Shown here piece after piece: positions 27,004-40,200 of a stretch of 64,000 nt of DNA. The notes under the pieces are model-generated. The model saw nothing but the letters and a program-made list of their open reading frames with translations. It ran no database searches and was not told where the DNA came from. The position numbers and the translations under genes were made by a program. Source of the stretch: Octopus bimaculoides (Eukaryota). Within the stretch, counting starts at the first letter, position 1. Each line of letters opens with the position of its first letter. The stretch covers positions 119,929,232 through 119,993,231 of the forward strand of contig NC_068983.1 of NCBI RefSeq assembly GCF_001194135.2, read 5' to 3'.

Positions 27004-27906
27004 AACCCACAAGATAACAAGGTCATTTATGATCAATAGCCAAAAAGAGACAATCCCCTGTTGTTGACATTGAGTAGCAAGGTCCTTTCCTCCTCCAATT
27101 TCTAGAGGCCATAAGCCAACAGGTTTGGGATCTGATGATACACCATAAAGCTGGGTGCTTTATGGATATATGCTAGGAATATCATAGCAGGAGCATACCC
27201 AAAACAAAGTACTCCAAGAAGAGAATGAAGTGAATGATGAACTGCCGAGTACTGAAAACACAAGTTTCATAAGACTATATATACCACAAGGTTCCAAATA
27301 ACAGGTGGACAGGTGCAGTTGACATGTATCCAAGAGATTGGAAGAGGAAACAATTTGAGCTCAAATGGAAATGAAGGATGCAATCTAGGAAAGAATGGAA
27401 ACCCATTGTGCCCAGTGATGCAGAGGGATATCTGGTCATTAAAAAGAAATATATTCTTTCATTCAAGTTAGTAGATTGCAGTCATGTTGGGGCACTACAT
27501 TCAACAGTTCAGTTGAGTATCACTTACATTTTACTTAAGTCACCAGATTGTGGCCATGCTGGGACACCAACTTAAAGGGTTTTAGTCAAATGAAACAACT
27601 CTAGTACTTATCTTTTTTTTTTAAAGCCTTGCACTTATTCGATCAGTTTTCTTTGTTGAACTGCTAAGCTATGGGGATGTTAACAAACCAACACCAGTTG
27701 TCAAGCAGTGGTAGGAGCAAACACAAACACATGGACATATATAATATAGTAGACAGGGTAAAATCCCAGCTGTTTCCTCTTGAAGTACATCTGCTTATTA
27801 CAATCCAATATATAGTTTCCGTAGTTGCTGTATTGATGCAAATATACATATTAAAGTTGAAAATTCTGGAAATATTATTTGCAGAAATATTGCATAACAA
27901 AACAGG

Positions 27907-28660
27907 ATGTCTCAAATTATAAATGGCATTTCACATCGTATTTCTAAAATTTCAGCTTCGAAAGATATTTCTTCCAGTCATACTAACTACTATGATTCAG
28001 TTCTTTCTAGAGCTGGATATAAAGATAAACTAGAGTATACAAATAATATAAATGATAAGCAACAATCAGGCACTACAAATAACAAACCACTTAATAAACT
28101 AAAAAACATAGAATATCAAAAAATTTATAAATCTAAAACTAAACAAAATAACAATGACCAAACCCATAAATCAAATAATAAGTACCACAGTAATAAACTT
28201 AATAACAATAAATATAATTTTAATAATTACTACAACACTACTAATAAGTATATAATTAACAGAGATAATAAATGTAATTTTTGAATAAAGATGTCTTTAA
28301 ATAATGTCTTATGGAAAACAATTTATAAATGCTCCCTCCATACTCATGAGAAAACATACCAATATATCGGTGCCACATCCACAAAATTTAAATTACTGTA
28401 TTACAATCACATTTCTTCTTTCAAACAAAAGTAAATCTCTTAATTGGGAGTTAAAAAAATAAAAATATAAAATATGCACTACCTTGGTTAATTGTTACAA
28501 ATGCTACTCCCTATAAAACAGGTAATAAATTTTGTAATTTGTTTAATAGAGATATTAAACTGTAAAAACCATATTAACAAGCACAAAGAATCTCTTAACT
28601 GATATTTTCATAAAAAATTTAGCACATTTCAAAACTTCAAAATTTCTCAAAATTGTTACT
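27907..28660 (+). pseudogene. Penelope-like element remnant 2 (RT C-terminal end, Asn-rich linker, GIY-YIG)
   Basis: INGISHRISKISASKDI...YYDSVLSRAGYKDKLEY, then TIYKCSLHTHEKTYQYIGATSTKFKLLYYNHISSFKQK...NWELK...W.IV.NATPYKTGNKFCNL; frameshifted. Confidence 0.8.
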
Positions 28661-28883
28661 ATAATGCGTAACTAACCTTACTAACTAACAGATAGTATCA
28701 ATGTGGTTTTCAAATTTTGGCACAAAGCCAGCAATTTTGAAGAGCGGATAAGTCGATTACATCACTCTCAGTGTTCAACTGGTACTTATTTAACTGACCC
28801 CAAGGGGATGAAAGACAGCCTGGGCCAACCAAAGCTCTGTGAGTGGATTTGGTAGATGAAAACTGAAAGAAGCCTGTCATATC

Positions 28884-29990
28884 ATCATCTTCATTTAATG
28901 TCCATTTTCCATGCTGACATGGGTTGGACGGTTTGACAGGAGCTGGCCAGCTGAAGAGCTACCCAAGCTCCATGTCTGTTTTGGCATGGTTTGTTGATAG
29001 CTGGATATCTTTCCTGATGCCAACCACTTTACAGACTGTACAGGGTGCTTTTATGCAGTACCAGCATGGGTGTGTTTACTTGGAACCAGTACAGGTATTT
29101 TTTATGTGGCACCAGCACCCATGAGCTCGCAAGGTTAGGAATGCTCTGCTGGAGAGGGATGCAGGGAACAGCCTGTATGCAAGGACAACCATGTTTTTAC
29201 TTAGCTTGACATGTCTTCTCAAGCATAGCAAACTACCAGGAGCCTTGGTCCCGTCATCCCCTCTGAATTCATCTCTATACTTGTTGCCAACTAACAATGT
29301 CCCTGTAACCTTACTAACAATGTACCCATACATAGCTTGTACAGCTCTCACCAGCCACTCCTCTATCCCTAGTTTCCACAATGACCATCAGATAAGGAGT
29401 AGGGGGCCCTGTTGAAGGCTTTCTCCATGTCAACAAAAGCCAAGTACAGAGGTTTATTTTTGGTTAAGTACTTCTCCTGCAACTGTCTTAACAGGAATAT
29501 AGCAACAGGGGCGAGCTGACAGAAACGTTAGCACGCTGGGTGAAATGCTTAGCGGTATTTCGTTTGCCATTACGTTCTGAGTTCAAATTCCGCCGAGGTC
29601 GACTTTGCCTTTCATCCTTTCGGGGTCGATAAATTAAGTACCAGTTACGCACTGGGTCAATGTAATCGACTTAATCCCTTTGTCTGTCCTTGTTTGTTCT
29701 CTCTATGTTTAGCCTCTTGTAGGTAATATAAAAAAAATTTAAAAATAAGGAATATAGCAACAGTGGTGCTTCTCCCTGGTACAAAACCAAACTGCATCTC
29801 ATTTAGCTTAACTCTCTTCCTAATTAGTTGGGTTATAACCCTCACCATAACTTTTATTACCTGATCCAACAGTTTGATACCTCTGTAATCATTTCTGTCT
29901 AAGGTGTCACCTTCGTTTTGTAGCAGTTGACTATAGTGTTGCTACACCAGTCACCAAGCTACACCTTTGAGTTGCAACTGGTTATTTATT
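28884..29990 (-). mobile_element. RTE LINE remnant: RT N-terminal part joined to a family-A-type 3' tail
   Basis: DWCSNTIVNCYK..GD.LDRNDYRGIKLLDQVIKVM.RV...NEMQFGFVPGRSTTVAIFL|LRQLQEKYLTKNKPLYLAFVDMEKAF...KLGIEEWLVRAVQAMY; joins the short-element body near 29265. Confidence 0.85.
29509..29747 (+). mobile_element. Full-length family C SINE inserted in the RTE RT with a 16-bp TSD
   Basis: AGGAATATAGCAACAG at 29493-29508 and 29748-29763; removing the SINE and one TSD rejoins the RT peptide (AIFL-LRQLQEKY). Confidence 0.92.
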
Positions 29991-31501
29991 ATTTGATGTT
30001 GTTTTGTTGCAGTTGTTCTCTTTGGGACTACCTCTTCTTTAAAAACTGTTAGTGTCTTTTGACACATTGCTTGCCTGAACAAGCTTAGTTTTCCGGTTGT
30101 AACCCTGTTGGGGTGAGTTGTTTGCATTTTGTGTGGGAATTGTGTCTGTGCGCAAAATGACTAGTGATTTGTATGAAGTGTTGGAGCTCCTGAAGAGTGT
30201 CGACTCAGAGTACGAAAGCGACTTGGAAGAAAGTGTGGAAGATTATGCAGCAGTGGTCAGTAAAAAACAAAGAAGAAAAATCAGGCCAGAGGCCATGGAA
30301 AAATTTCAACCAATTCTGTGGAGATAGGGAGCAAATGTGAGATTAACTCTCCCACGAGGAAGCCACAGAGAAACAAAACAAAGAACAATAATTTATAGAA
30401 CACTATCTCTTAAAACAAAGTAAATAGAGATAGCATCTACCAAAGAAACTGAAAAGGCCCTAAAGCCTATTTTGTTCAAGGTGGCATTCATGAAAAGAAG
30501 AAAGAAATTCAATACCTTGGAGGTATAATTCATGTCAGAATATGACACTAGGGATGATTCCATGATCACCCTGCAGATAAAGGAGCTGGCTCTTTTACTG
30601 TCATACTTTGGCAAAAGAACCACAAAAATCGCAATAGAAGGTTATCCACCTGAAATTAGATCGGTGTGGCTTCTGGCAGCTGTTTGCTCCAATATCAAGG
30701 AGGTGAAACTGCTGGAGTTCGAGGAGAAAAAGTGAAGAACTGGTATGGTGGGAGTCTTCGGGCAACACTTCATGCCACACCAGCAGAACTGGAGGAAATT
30801 CCAGAATTTATAATTCTGCCAGATGAGACAAAACTGAGAGTCTTGGTCCAGGGCAGAATCCCAAGATGTTTCGAGTGCAAACTGAAGGGGCACATAAGGA
30901 AACCGTGTCCCCCAGGCCCATCAACCTGAAGCACAAGGAAAAAGACAGGATGAACCAAGGGAACAGCAAGAGAAGCCGAACGAGGTGGCTCCAGGTGAAG
31001 AGGAAAAGAAGCTGGAAGAGGCAGAGAAGACAGTGGAGAAGAAGAATTGCATGCCGGAGGAAGTTGGACTGTCCATATCTACCAAGGTAAGCGAGGAGGA
31101 ATGGTCAGTTGCAGGGAGGACAAAGAAAAAACAGGTTCTTGTTCTCTTCCTTCAACAAACACAAAAAGCTTAAAAACGAATGCACAAGAACAGATACAAT
31201 CGCAGACAAAAGACATTACAAACACAGACAGTAAAAAGGAAAATGATACCCCAAAAAAGAACACTAAATATACAACACAAGCAACACACAGCAAGGACAA
31301 AGAGACAAAAATAAAATAACTCTTTAAAACTCTTTCTAAAAATGTTCAATGATGTTATCTGGAGTGTGGGGTTTTGAGTTGACGCTGTTCCACCTTTTCA
31401 TTTATCATTACCATTCTTTTCATTCCATTTTATTTTTCCCTACTGTGGTATTTTGTCTGTCCTTGTTTGTCCCATCTATGTTAAGCCCAAATAAAGAAAT
31501 A
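29990..31501 (+). mobile_element. ORF1-only non-LTR retroelement derivative with a CCHC knuckle
   Basis: Frameshifted ORF 30157-31319 including GRIPRCFECKLKGHIRKPC (CX2CX4HX4C) and a Lys/Glu-rich tail; no ORF2; ends in ...aataaagaaata. Confidence 0.65.
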
Positions 31502-33449
31502 CAGTCAAAGAGGTATGCTGTTCAGGCCGTTCACGCAGACAATGAAAGGACATCATCATAATGTGCGACATATCACATATCTATCATCACACCCCACTTA
31601 CTAAATCCTCTATGTACCTATCACCCTCTATACTGCTCCTATACCTTGCACATCATCCCATTACATTCTAACCTATTCTCCTTCCAGAGCCACTCCTATA
31701 TCTCTCACCTCACTCCACTTCACACAGGTATTCCTCTTCAACAGCACTTCCGCCCTTGTTTATCACACACTATATTCACCTCTACTTGTTTTTAACCAGC
31801 TGTTGCTCTTCTTCCCTCCCCACATCAACTGTTTGTATCCTCTCCTATGCTCATGTATCTGCTCTATAGTAAAATACCTGTACTTGTTCCTTTATTAGAC
31901 TTTTAGCCTTTCAACAACTGGCATAAAGCCATCCACTTCCACCTTCCCCTCCCGAATACTCCCCTTAGTAGTGGGAGTTTTTTTCTTTTTCCCCATTCTT
32001 TTTCTATCTTGCAGGTTTACATGGCACCCTCACTAGTACACGAGATGTGTTAAAAAAAAAAAAAAGAAAAGCGCATCCACCCATTGAAACCATACCAAAT
32101 CTGAGATAGCTCAATGCAACTTTGCAGTGTAACAGATTCAGTCAAACATCCAACCCAAAATGGACCTCAAAGAATAATGATGGTGATGAGCCATACCTGT
32201 ACTTATATTATGTTCTTTTAGAACCCACAGCTCAGTGGTGCAGTTATTATACTTTCTTCACTGGGTCTTTGGGTTCAAGCCTTATGAATTTTTCTCTGAT
32301 ATGAAAATGAGAATGTAATAGAGTATATAACAATTTTTCTTTACCAATGTACTCATACAGTAACAGAATAATATTGGCGTCAAATTTTGGCACAAGGTCA
32401 GAAATTTCCGGAAGGGGGTAAATTGGTTACATCAACCCCAGTACTCAACTGGTACTTATTTTACCAACCCCAAGAAGATGAAAGGCAAAGTTGACCTCAG
32501 CAGTATTTGAACTCAGAACATTAAAGACAGACAAAATGCTGCTAAGCATTTTGCCCAACATGCTAAAAATTCTGCTAGCTCACTGCCTTACAGTAGCAGA
32601 ATAATATTCCAGACATATTATATTTTCAATTTTTTTCTATAGTTAAGAGTGTTTACTTCTCAACATAGAGTGAAAAAATAATAATAGATAACAACTCTCA
32701 AGATAGAGGAGGTGACAAATGTGTAACAAGGAATATAGCTTTCTCCTAAGACTGTACATTCAATACTACCTATATAGACTTTTACGCCATCTAAAGAATC
32801 AAATGTTTAAAAAAGAAAAACAATTTCAAAAGAAATTATATCTTAGTTCATGGTTCTCCATAAACTTCCACCCATCTTACAGTCTTTAAATAAGCAGTGG
32901 AATTCCCAAGGGGTGCTGCTAGTTATGTTTTATAATAGTTTTATATGAGTTTCCACTTATTCACCAGATGTAATCTCTATGCTCTTTAAGTGTGTGTGTG
33001 TAGCATTGCTTTTGAGAGAAAACATGTTAGTTTTCCTTTGCTATGGTGTTTGGTTTGTTGTTGCTGGAGTTCTTTTGTTCCTTTTGTTATGCAAAATATG
33101 TCCTATGTGAGTTGTGTTATTTGTTGGGTGGTGAATACACTTTGTATGTGGTGTGTAGTTGGTGTTTTGTGTTTCAGTATACTTAACCTAGCATTAATGA
33201 ATTGGAGCAGTGTAGAATGTGAGCTACATAAATTATTAGTATTGTAATGATGGGTATCAATTATACAATAGTGTGCATTGTTATTTTATTGGACATTTGC
33301 TGTGTTGAGTATGTGTGTGTGTTGTCTTATTTTAAGTGGTTATTGTATAAGGTATCTATTATGGGCAGTGAGAGTGCTATTTGAGATGTGGTTTAGAAAT
33401 GCCTAGCTAACTTATTTTCTGGGATGTATGTAACTGATATATATATATA

Positions 33450-34170
33450 TCGTCGGCTTTCCATGCTGGCATGGGTTGGATGATTTGACTGAGGGCTGGC
33501 AAGCCAGAAGGCTGCACCAGGCTCCAATCTGATCTGGCAAAGTTTCTTCAGCTGGATGCCCTTCCTAACGCCAACCACTCTGATAGTGTAGTGGGTGCTT
33601 TTTATGTGCCACCGGCACGAGGGCTAGTCAGGCGGTGCTGGTATCGACCATGCTTGAATGGTGCTTTTTACGTGCTACCGGCACAGGAGCCAGCCAGGCG
33701 GCACTGGTAATGACCACACTCATATGGTGCTTTTTATGTGCCACTGGCACAGGACCAGTCTTGCTGCACCGGCATTGACCACACTCGAATGGTGCTTTTT
33801 ACATGCCACCAGCACCCGTGCCGGTCNNNNNNNNNNNNNNNNNNNNNNNNNNNNNNNNNNNNNNNNNNNNNNNNNNNNNNNNNNNNNNNNNNNNNNNNNN
33901 NNNNNNNNNNNNNNNNNNNNNNNNNNNNNNCCACGCTCGAATGGTGCTTTTTATGTGCTACCGGCATTGGCCATGACAATGACTTCACTTGACTCAACAG
34001 GTTTTCGCAAGCGCAATATATATATCATCATCGTCGTCGTTTAACGTCTGCTTTCCATGCTAGCATGGGTTGGACGATTTGACTGAGGACTGGTGGACCA
34101 GGAGGCGACACCAGGCTCCAATCTGATTTAGCAGAGTTTCTACAGCTGGATGCCCTTCCTAACGCCAACA
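33450..34170 (-). mobile_element. Two adjacent family A RTE-tailed elements around an N-gap
   Basis: Two ccatgctagcatgggttgga...gatgcccttcctaacgccaac tails (33460, 34050) and multiple subrepeats. Confidence 0.75.
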
Positions 34171-35227
34171 CAGGTGTGGCTGTGTAGTTAAAAAGCTTAC
34201 TTCCCAACCACATAGTCTCAGGTTTAGTCCCACTGTAAGGCACCTTGGACAAGTGTCTTCTACTATAGCCCTGAGTGGATTTGGCTGATGGAAACTGATA
34301 GAACCCTGTCATAAATACATGTGTGTGTGTTATTATATCCTTGCCTTGACTTTAAGTGATAATTGTAAATGAGTGTTACTATCATGCAGTCAGTGTCCTT
34401 CATTTCCAATCTCCCGTGTAAACATGTCTGGTTATGAGTAAAATTACCAACATGGAAACAGGTGAGGGTTGGTAACAGGAAGGGCATCCAGCTGTACAAA
34501 AATCCACCTCAACAAATTCTGCCCAACCCATGCAACCATGGAGAAGTGGACATTAAACAATGAATTATGATGACGGTATGGCAATGTTATACATATGAAA
34601 TTGTCAAGAGAAATCATGATGCATCATCATCATCATCATTGTTGTTTAGCATCTGCTTTCCATGCAGGCATGGATTAGACAGTTGACTGAAACTGGTAAG
34701 CTGGAGAGCTACACTAAGTTCCAGACTAATTTGGCATGGTTTCTATGGCTGGATGCCCTTCCTAATGTCAACCACTCCAAGAGTGTAATAGGTGTATTTT
34801 ATGTGCCACTGGTACCAGTAACTGGGTGCCAATTACGTGACACAGGCATCAACTACAACTACACTTATCATCACCTCTGTGAGGCCCAACGTTCTAATAG
34901 TGCTTTTATGTGCCAGTTATGTGTAGCAACTTAAGGAGTTTTAACTTCATGAGTTAGGAGAGCACAGAGCTTCAGAATTGTTTCTGTGGTATATGTATAG
35001 TGACTGCCTTTCAGTGCAGTTGACTGGGAGTAGGTTATTATGTCCATGAAATGTTTAGGTTGCAAGTGAATGTTGACTGTTTGCAAAATGCTAAGGAAGT
35101 GCATTTACCAGTGTGTGTATGTAGAAACAGTGACATATGTCATTATGAAATGAAATAAATGTAAGACAGAACTCAGAGGCATGCTACAGTTGATAGAATG
35201 TGAGTTAGAAAAAGCTTGTTACTGATG

Positions 35228-35560
35228 TCATCATCATCATCATCGTCGTTTAACGTCTGCTTTCCATGCTAGCATTGGTTGGATGATTTGACTGAGGACT
35301 GGTGAAACCAGATGGCTACACCAGGCTCCAATCTGATTTGGCAGAGTTTCTACAGCTGGATGCCCTTCCTAATGCCAACCACTCAGAGAGTGTAGTGGGT
35401 GCTTATACGTGCCACCCGCACGAAGGCCAGTCAGGCGGTACTGGCAACGGCCACGCTCAAAATGGTGTATTTTATGTGCCACCCACACAAGAGCCAGTCC
35501 AGGGGCACTGGCAACAATCTCGCTCGAAAATCCTTACACATGCCGTGGGCACAAGTGCCA
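35228..35560 (-). mobile_element. Family A RTE-tailed element
   Basis: Closely similar to 1-340 and 13215-13760; explains track ORFs 35302..35637. Confidence 0.8.
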
Positions 35561-37239
35561 GATGTCAAGAACAAAAATGCTTTTAATGAATGTAATTGTG
35601 TGATTTGATAACAGTGGTGTGTAAACTGACAGAACACAGTAATGTTGTGTTAGATGCACTATATTTGAAAGAAGACAATGGTCATGGCTGGAAAATCCAT
35701 AATTATAAGTCTGCTTAACCTGGGGCTAAACAACAATTTGTCAGTGTTTCGGCTCAATGAACTACAAACTGAAAGAACTGACCTCCTACACATAAAATAA
35801 TTCAAACAGCCAACGTAGAAAGCATGGACATTTTGGACTGAAGAGGACCATTACACTGCTTCACAATGTTTACAATAAGAAATAACATATTTTCTATCAC
35901 AGTAAGACTCTTAGCCAAACAAAAAGAAAATCACTAAATCTTGAGTAATCATCATATCTAATAAATAAGGAATTGTAATCCCAACAGTGAAGAATAGTGG
36001 AGATTATATACATATCTTTTGCTTGATTCAGTCATTAGACTATGGCCATGCTGGAGCACCACCTTGAAGAATATTTAGTCAAATGAACTGATGCCAGTAC
36101 TTAATTTTTTGGTTAAACCTGGTACTTATTCCAACAGTTTTTTTGCTGAACTGCTAAGTTACAGGGATGTAAACACAACACCCATTGGCAAGCAGTGGTG
36201 GGACACAAACACACATTATATAGTTTCCATCTACCAAATCCACTCAAAAGGCTTTGGTTGGCCTGAGGCTATAGTAGAAGACCCTTGCCCAAAGTGCCAT
36301 GCAGTGGGACTGAACCCAGAACTATGTGGTTAGGAAGCAAGCTTCTTACCACACAGCCACACCTGCACCTACATACATATTTATTTTCAGATTTCATGTC
36401 TAAATCTTGATCAAATGGTTCTTAACACTTCTGTTAATGTTTTCATATCAGTTCTTAAGTAGTAGATACTTCTGCTGTACCATAAAAGTGATTCGGGATC
36501 CAAGATTACCAAACACTGTTTGTTTCAGCCACAAGTTTATAGTGGATTCATAAAAGGAATACTTTTTTTAAATATTAAATACCTGATGAGGATTTAACAT
36601 ATTATTCACAGCTATATTTTATAAAAAAAAAAAATTAAAAAAACTTTAAACTTAGATAGCTAATGACAGTTTGCAGTTTGATAGTGTCAGAGTGCAAACT
36701 AGTGTTTATCAAGTGAATCAAAATAATCCACATGATAATACAAGGTGTCAGAGCTGTAAAGTTTAAAATAATATCAATATTTCTAATTACTAAGGTATGC
36801 CAGGTAAAATGCTTAGTGGCATTTCGTCCATCTTTATGTTCTGAGTTCAACTTAAACTTTCATCCTTTTGATGTCGATAAAATAAGTACAAGTTGAGGAC
36901 TGGGTTCGATGTAATTGACTTATGCCTTGCATCAAAATTTGTTGGCCTTGTGCCAAAATTTGAAACCAATATTTCTAATTACTAAATGAATGGAAGATTT
37001 ATGGCTTTCAAATGCCTTCTAACACAGTTTTACACAAAAGGAGCAAGAAAAAATGTTTACTTTTTTAATATTTTTCAAGCAAACAGAGCCATATTATATG
37101 ATTAAATGTTAACCATAAGAACAGAAAGTAAGAGTAGTTACAATCAAATTCAGTATATTGAAGCAAGAATAATATTCTCCCTGAAGATTAATTATATTTT
37201 CTTCTGTAATGGATAATATGGCAATATGTTAAAATATAT

Positions 37240-37380
37240 AACCTGTGGAAGAGGAAGACCCAGGAAGATGTGGACAAATTCCTGAAGGCTGATTTCAAAA
37301 CACTGAACCTTATGAAGGACATAACAGAGGACCGAGATATCTGGCGCCTTGCTGTACTCAAGAAGACCTCTCCACCACAG
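37240..37380 (+). pseudogene. Short RTE C-terminal fragment
   Basis: CGRGRPRKMW...LNLMKDITEDRDIWRLAVLKKT. Confidence 0.6.
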
Positions 37381-40027
37381 CTATACATGGACTCCTTTAA
37401 AAACAACTGGCTATACTATTATATTATTTGAACAGACTACAGATTGTAGGCTTGGCAATTTATATCTAGTTACTTCTGTTGTACTGTATTGCTAACAAAA
37501 CTATTTCTTTTTGGATAGTTTAAATGAGTAGGCACACTTTTCTTATACACAATAGAGGGGAAATGGATGTCAATGATAAAAGTAATGTATGTAGAGCATT
37601 ACTCTAATATGCATGAATTTTGTAGAGGGTCCACAACTGATCATGACTGAGGTAGTTTCTGGCTCTATGTAATGTATAGTTTTTGGGATGCAATATTACC
37701 AATGGTATAATGTGAGGTCACCATGAGAGATTGTGAAACCTAGCTTTTGTAGTAATCAACCACTGAAAGGCTGAAGTGCAAAAGTATTTCCTTGATATAT
37801 ATATATATGTTCTGTTCTACTGAAAAAAGACTATGTTGTTATGTTACCATTTGATGAAGCATACGAGCTGTTAATTAATACAAAAATGAAACTTCAACAA
37901 TTCCAAGTTAATGGTACAATTAAACAAGATTCCTTTTAGAAGTACATCTCTAAATTTATAACTTTGAAATAAATATAAAAAAATGATAGTTTTCACTAAT
38001 AAGACAAATTGAGATCTAATCTAATCTGTCTTTTTGAGTATTTAGAACCTAAAGCGGTCATTCTCAGTCCATGGATCTAAACTGTAGACAGCTTTAGAGT
38101 TACTGAGTATCTTATTTCGGAAATCACCTTGCCCCAAAATCTTTCTACTTATTCGAGTAATATGATGTTATAACTATTATTGAGTCGCTAAATATTATGA
38201 GTTGTATGAGAGGTTATTATTGTTAAGTTAATTTATATCTTTTTTTTTTTTTTAATTATTTATATTATGTACTTCTGTTAATAAAAAGAAATTTTGTTAC
38301 TGTTGATTGATACCGCATTTAGAATAGTCTTCTATATCATGAATAACGTTCATTACTGTCATGTGGGTGTCACAATAACGTTTTTGAAATTGAAATATTG
38401 GGTACAATAAAAATCAACAAAAGACAAAATCAGAAAAGCACAGCGGTGAAGAGAACGAAGCTGGTTGTCTCCAAGCTGCGGAGTTGCCAGTCAGTAGAAG
38501 ATGTATGAAGGGAGACAATCATTAAAAAAAAAATTCCATTAATATCTCCAGGTGAATGGCGTGCCAAGAATTGTGAAAGAATTTCTAAAATATCTCACCA
38601 AACCAGTTCGGAAAATAAAATGAAACACAAATCGATAGAGTAAATATTTTACCCTAACTGTATTAAATACAGTTTGATCGTTCAATAACGTCTAGATTAC
38701 TAGTGCAATATTTAAAAACAAATCATATAAAACCTATGAGAAAATTTCTGATAGAATAAGATTGTAGCTAACGATTAATCACTGCAAGCCTGCACGGTGT
38801 AGTTGGTGCGAGGCAGCAAATCAGAATGGTTGGCAAGGTGTAAAATATCATCACATAAAGACGCAATGCGTGTGTGTGCTGTATTTGTAGTTGTGTAAAG
38901 TATATGAACGTGTGTGTTGTTTACATACGTATAACGATGACCAATGTCATTAGACCAATAGAAGCAGAACGGTGGAGAAAAAAAAGGTGATGTATCAAAG
39001 TAGTATGTGTGAGGGGGTATTCAGACGAATCTATATTGTTTTAACTAGAGAAACAACAAAAAAAAGGGGGTTTTGTTACAAATTTTGCTATTATTTGTGT
39101 TGATTTAGTAAGGACTGAGTATGAAGTGGGCATGTTGCAAATCGATAATAATTCAGATAAATCATACCTTTAAATATTCGCTACTCCGTTTAACAATAAG
39201 TCAATGTCAAAGAGAAATTGTGATTGAGAGACATTCAGGCATTTCTCAAGAGCAATAAGAAGAGATTGTTAGTATCTCATACATTGCGACCACAAAGCTA
39301 CAGATTTGTGAAGGACTACATTTTATTGAATTGACTCCGATACATGTCTAGTATTAGGATTTACTGAGCCCGAGAAAATAAAAGCTTTTAGACAACATAA
39401 CGAGATTTGAACTAACAATTTTTGTTATAAAAATCACAGAAATAGTTGTGTAATTCGATCTGACTAAATTACTAGTACTTGCTTTATCGATCCCAGGTAG
39501 ATGAATCCGAAAGCAAACACTTAACAAAATTTGAACGTTATTAATAGGAAGGCGAATGTATGTAGCGGTGGAGGCAAGAGATATATTAAAAGTCTGTGGC
39601 AATGGCAATAACTGCGTGATAAATATAAAAAGAGAAAAACTAACAGATTAAAATGAAAGAATGAAGTACATAGAAGTTCCTATGAAAGGTGGTTGGAAGA
39701 ATGAACACTCATCTTGAATCGTTAACACAAAACATGTTTCTCTATCCAAACACATACGTATGAGTTATGTGTGTATACATGTATACACACAAACATATAA
39801 ATATACACATACCCACACATACAAATAGATATACACATATATACATACACGCAAAGAGAAGAGAGAGACTCACATATATGTAAAGATACAACACACATAC
39901 AGCAACAACCAGATTACTATTGGAATGTATTATTAAAACAGAGATGCATGTTGATCCATCAGAAGCTTTTCTCACTATCCTTCTTTTCTACATGACCAGT
40001 ATGGAAGTGAAAATAATTGAGACTTAC

Positions 40028-40200
40028 CTCCATCTCTACGGTAAATTACCAAATTGAAGTAGTATCAACGGACCAACATCAAGTACTTATCACGTGGTAT
40101 ACCGCTTCCGTTTAACTAACAGTTAACTTCCGCTATATGAAAGTGACTCAAGAAGCTGCAGTAAAAGTGAGGCACTGCTAGCTGTGCAATAGGGCGGGAC
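40028..40200 (-). promoter_or_regulatory. Probable promoter and first non-coding exon of the minus-strand gene
   Basis: Donor GAG|GTAAGT at 40027, E-box CACGTG 40091-40096, ETS CGGAAGT (minus) 40126-40132 plus CGGAAGC near 40105-40110, GC box GGGCGG 40192-40197. Sits in a visibly CpG-retaining zone (~38.1-40.6 kb). The link to the DUF1647 gene is inferred from strand and position. Confidence 0.5.

Noticed and set aside
33600-33826. Regularly spaced ~50-65 bp repeats resembling a CRISPR array
   Set aside because: These are internal subrepeats of the family A retroelement with non-unique spacers, in a eukaryotic context with no cas genes.
36580-36610. CTGATGAG hammerhead-core match
   Set aside because: No helix II or GAAA follows; chance match.
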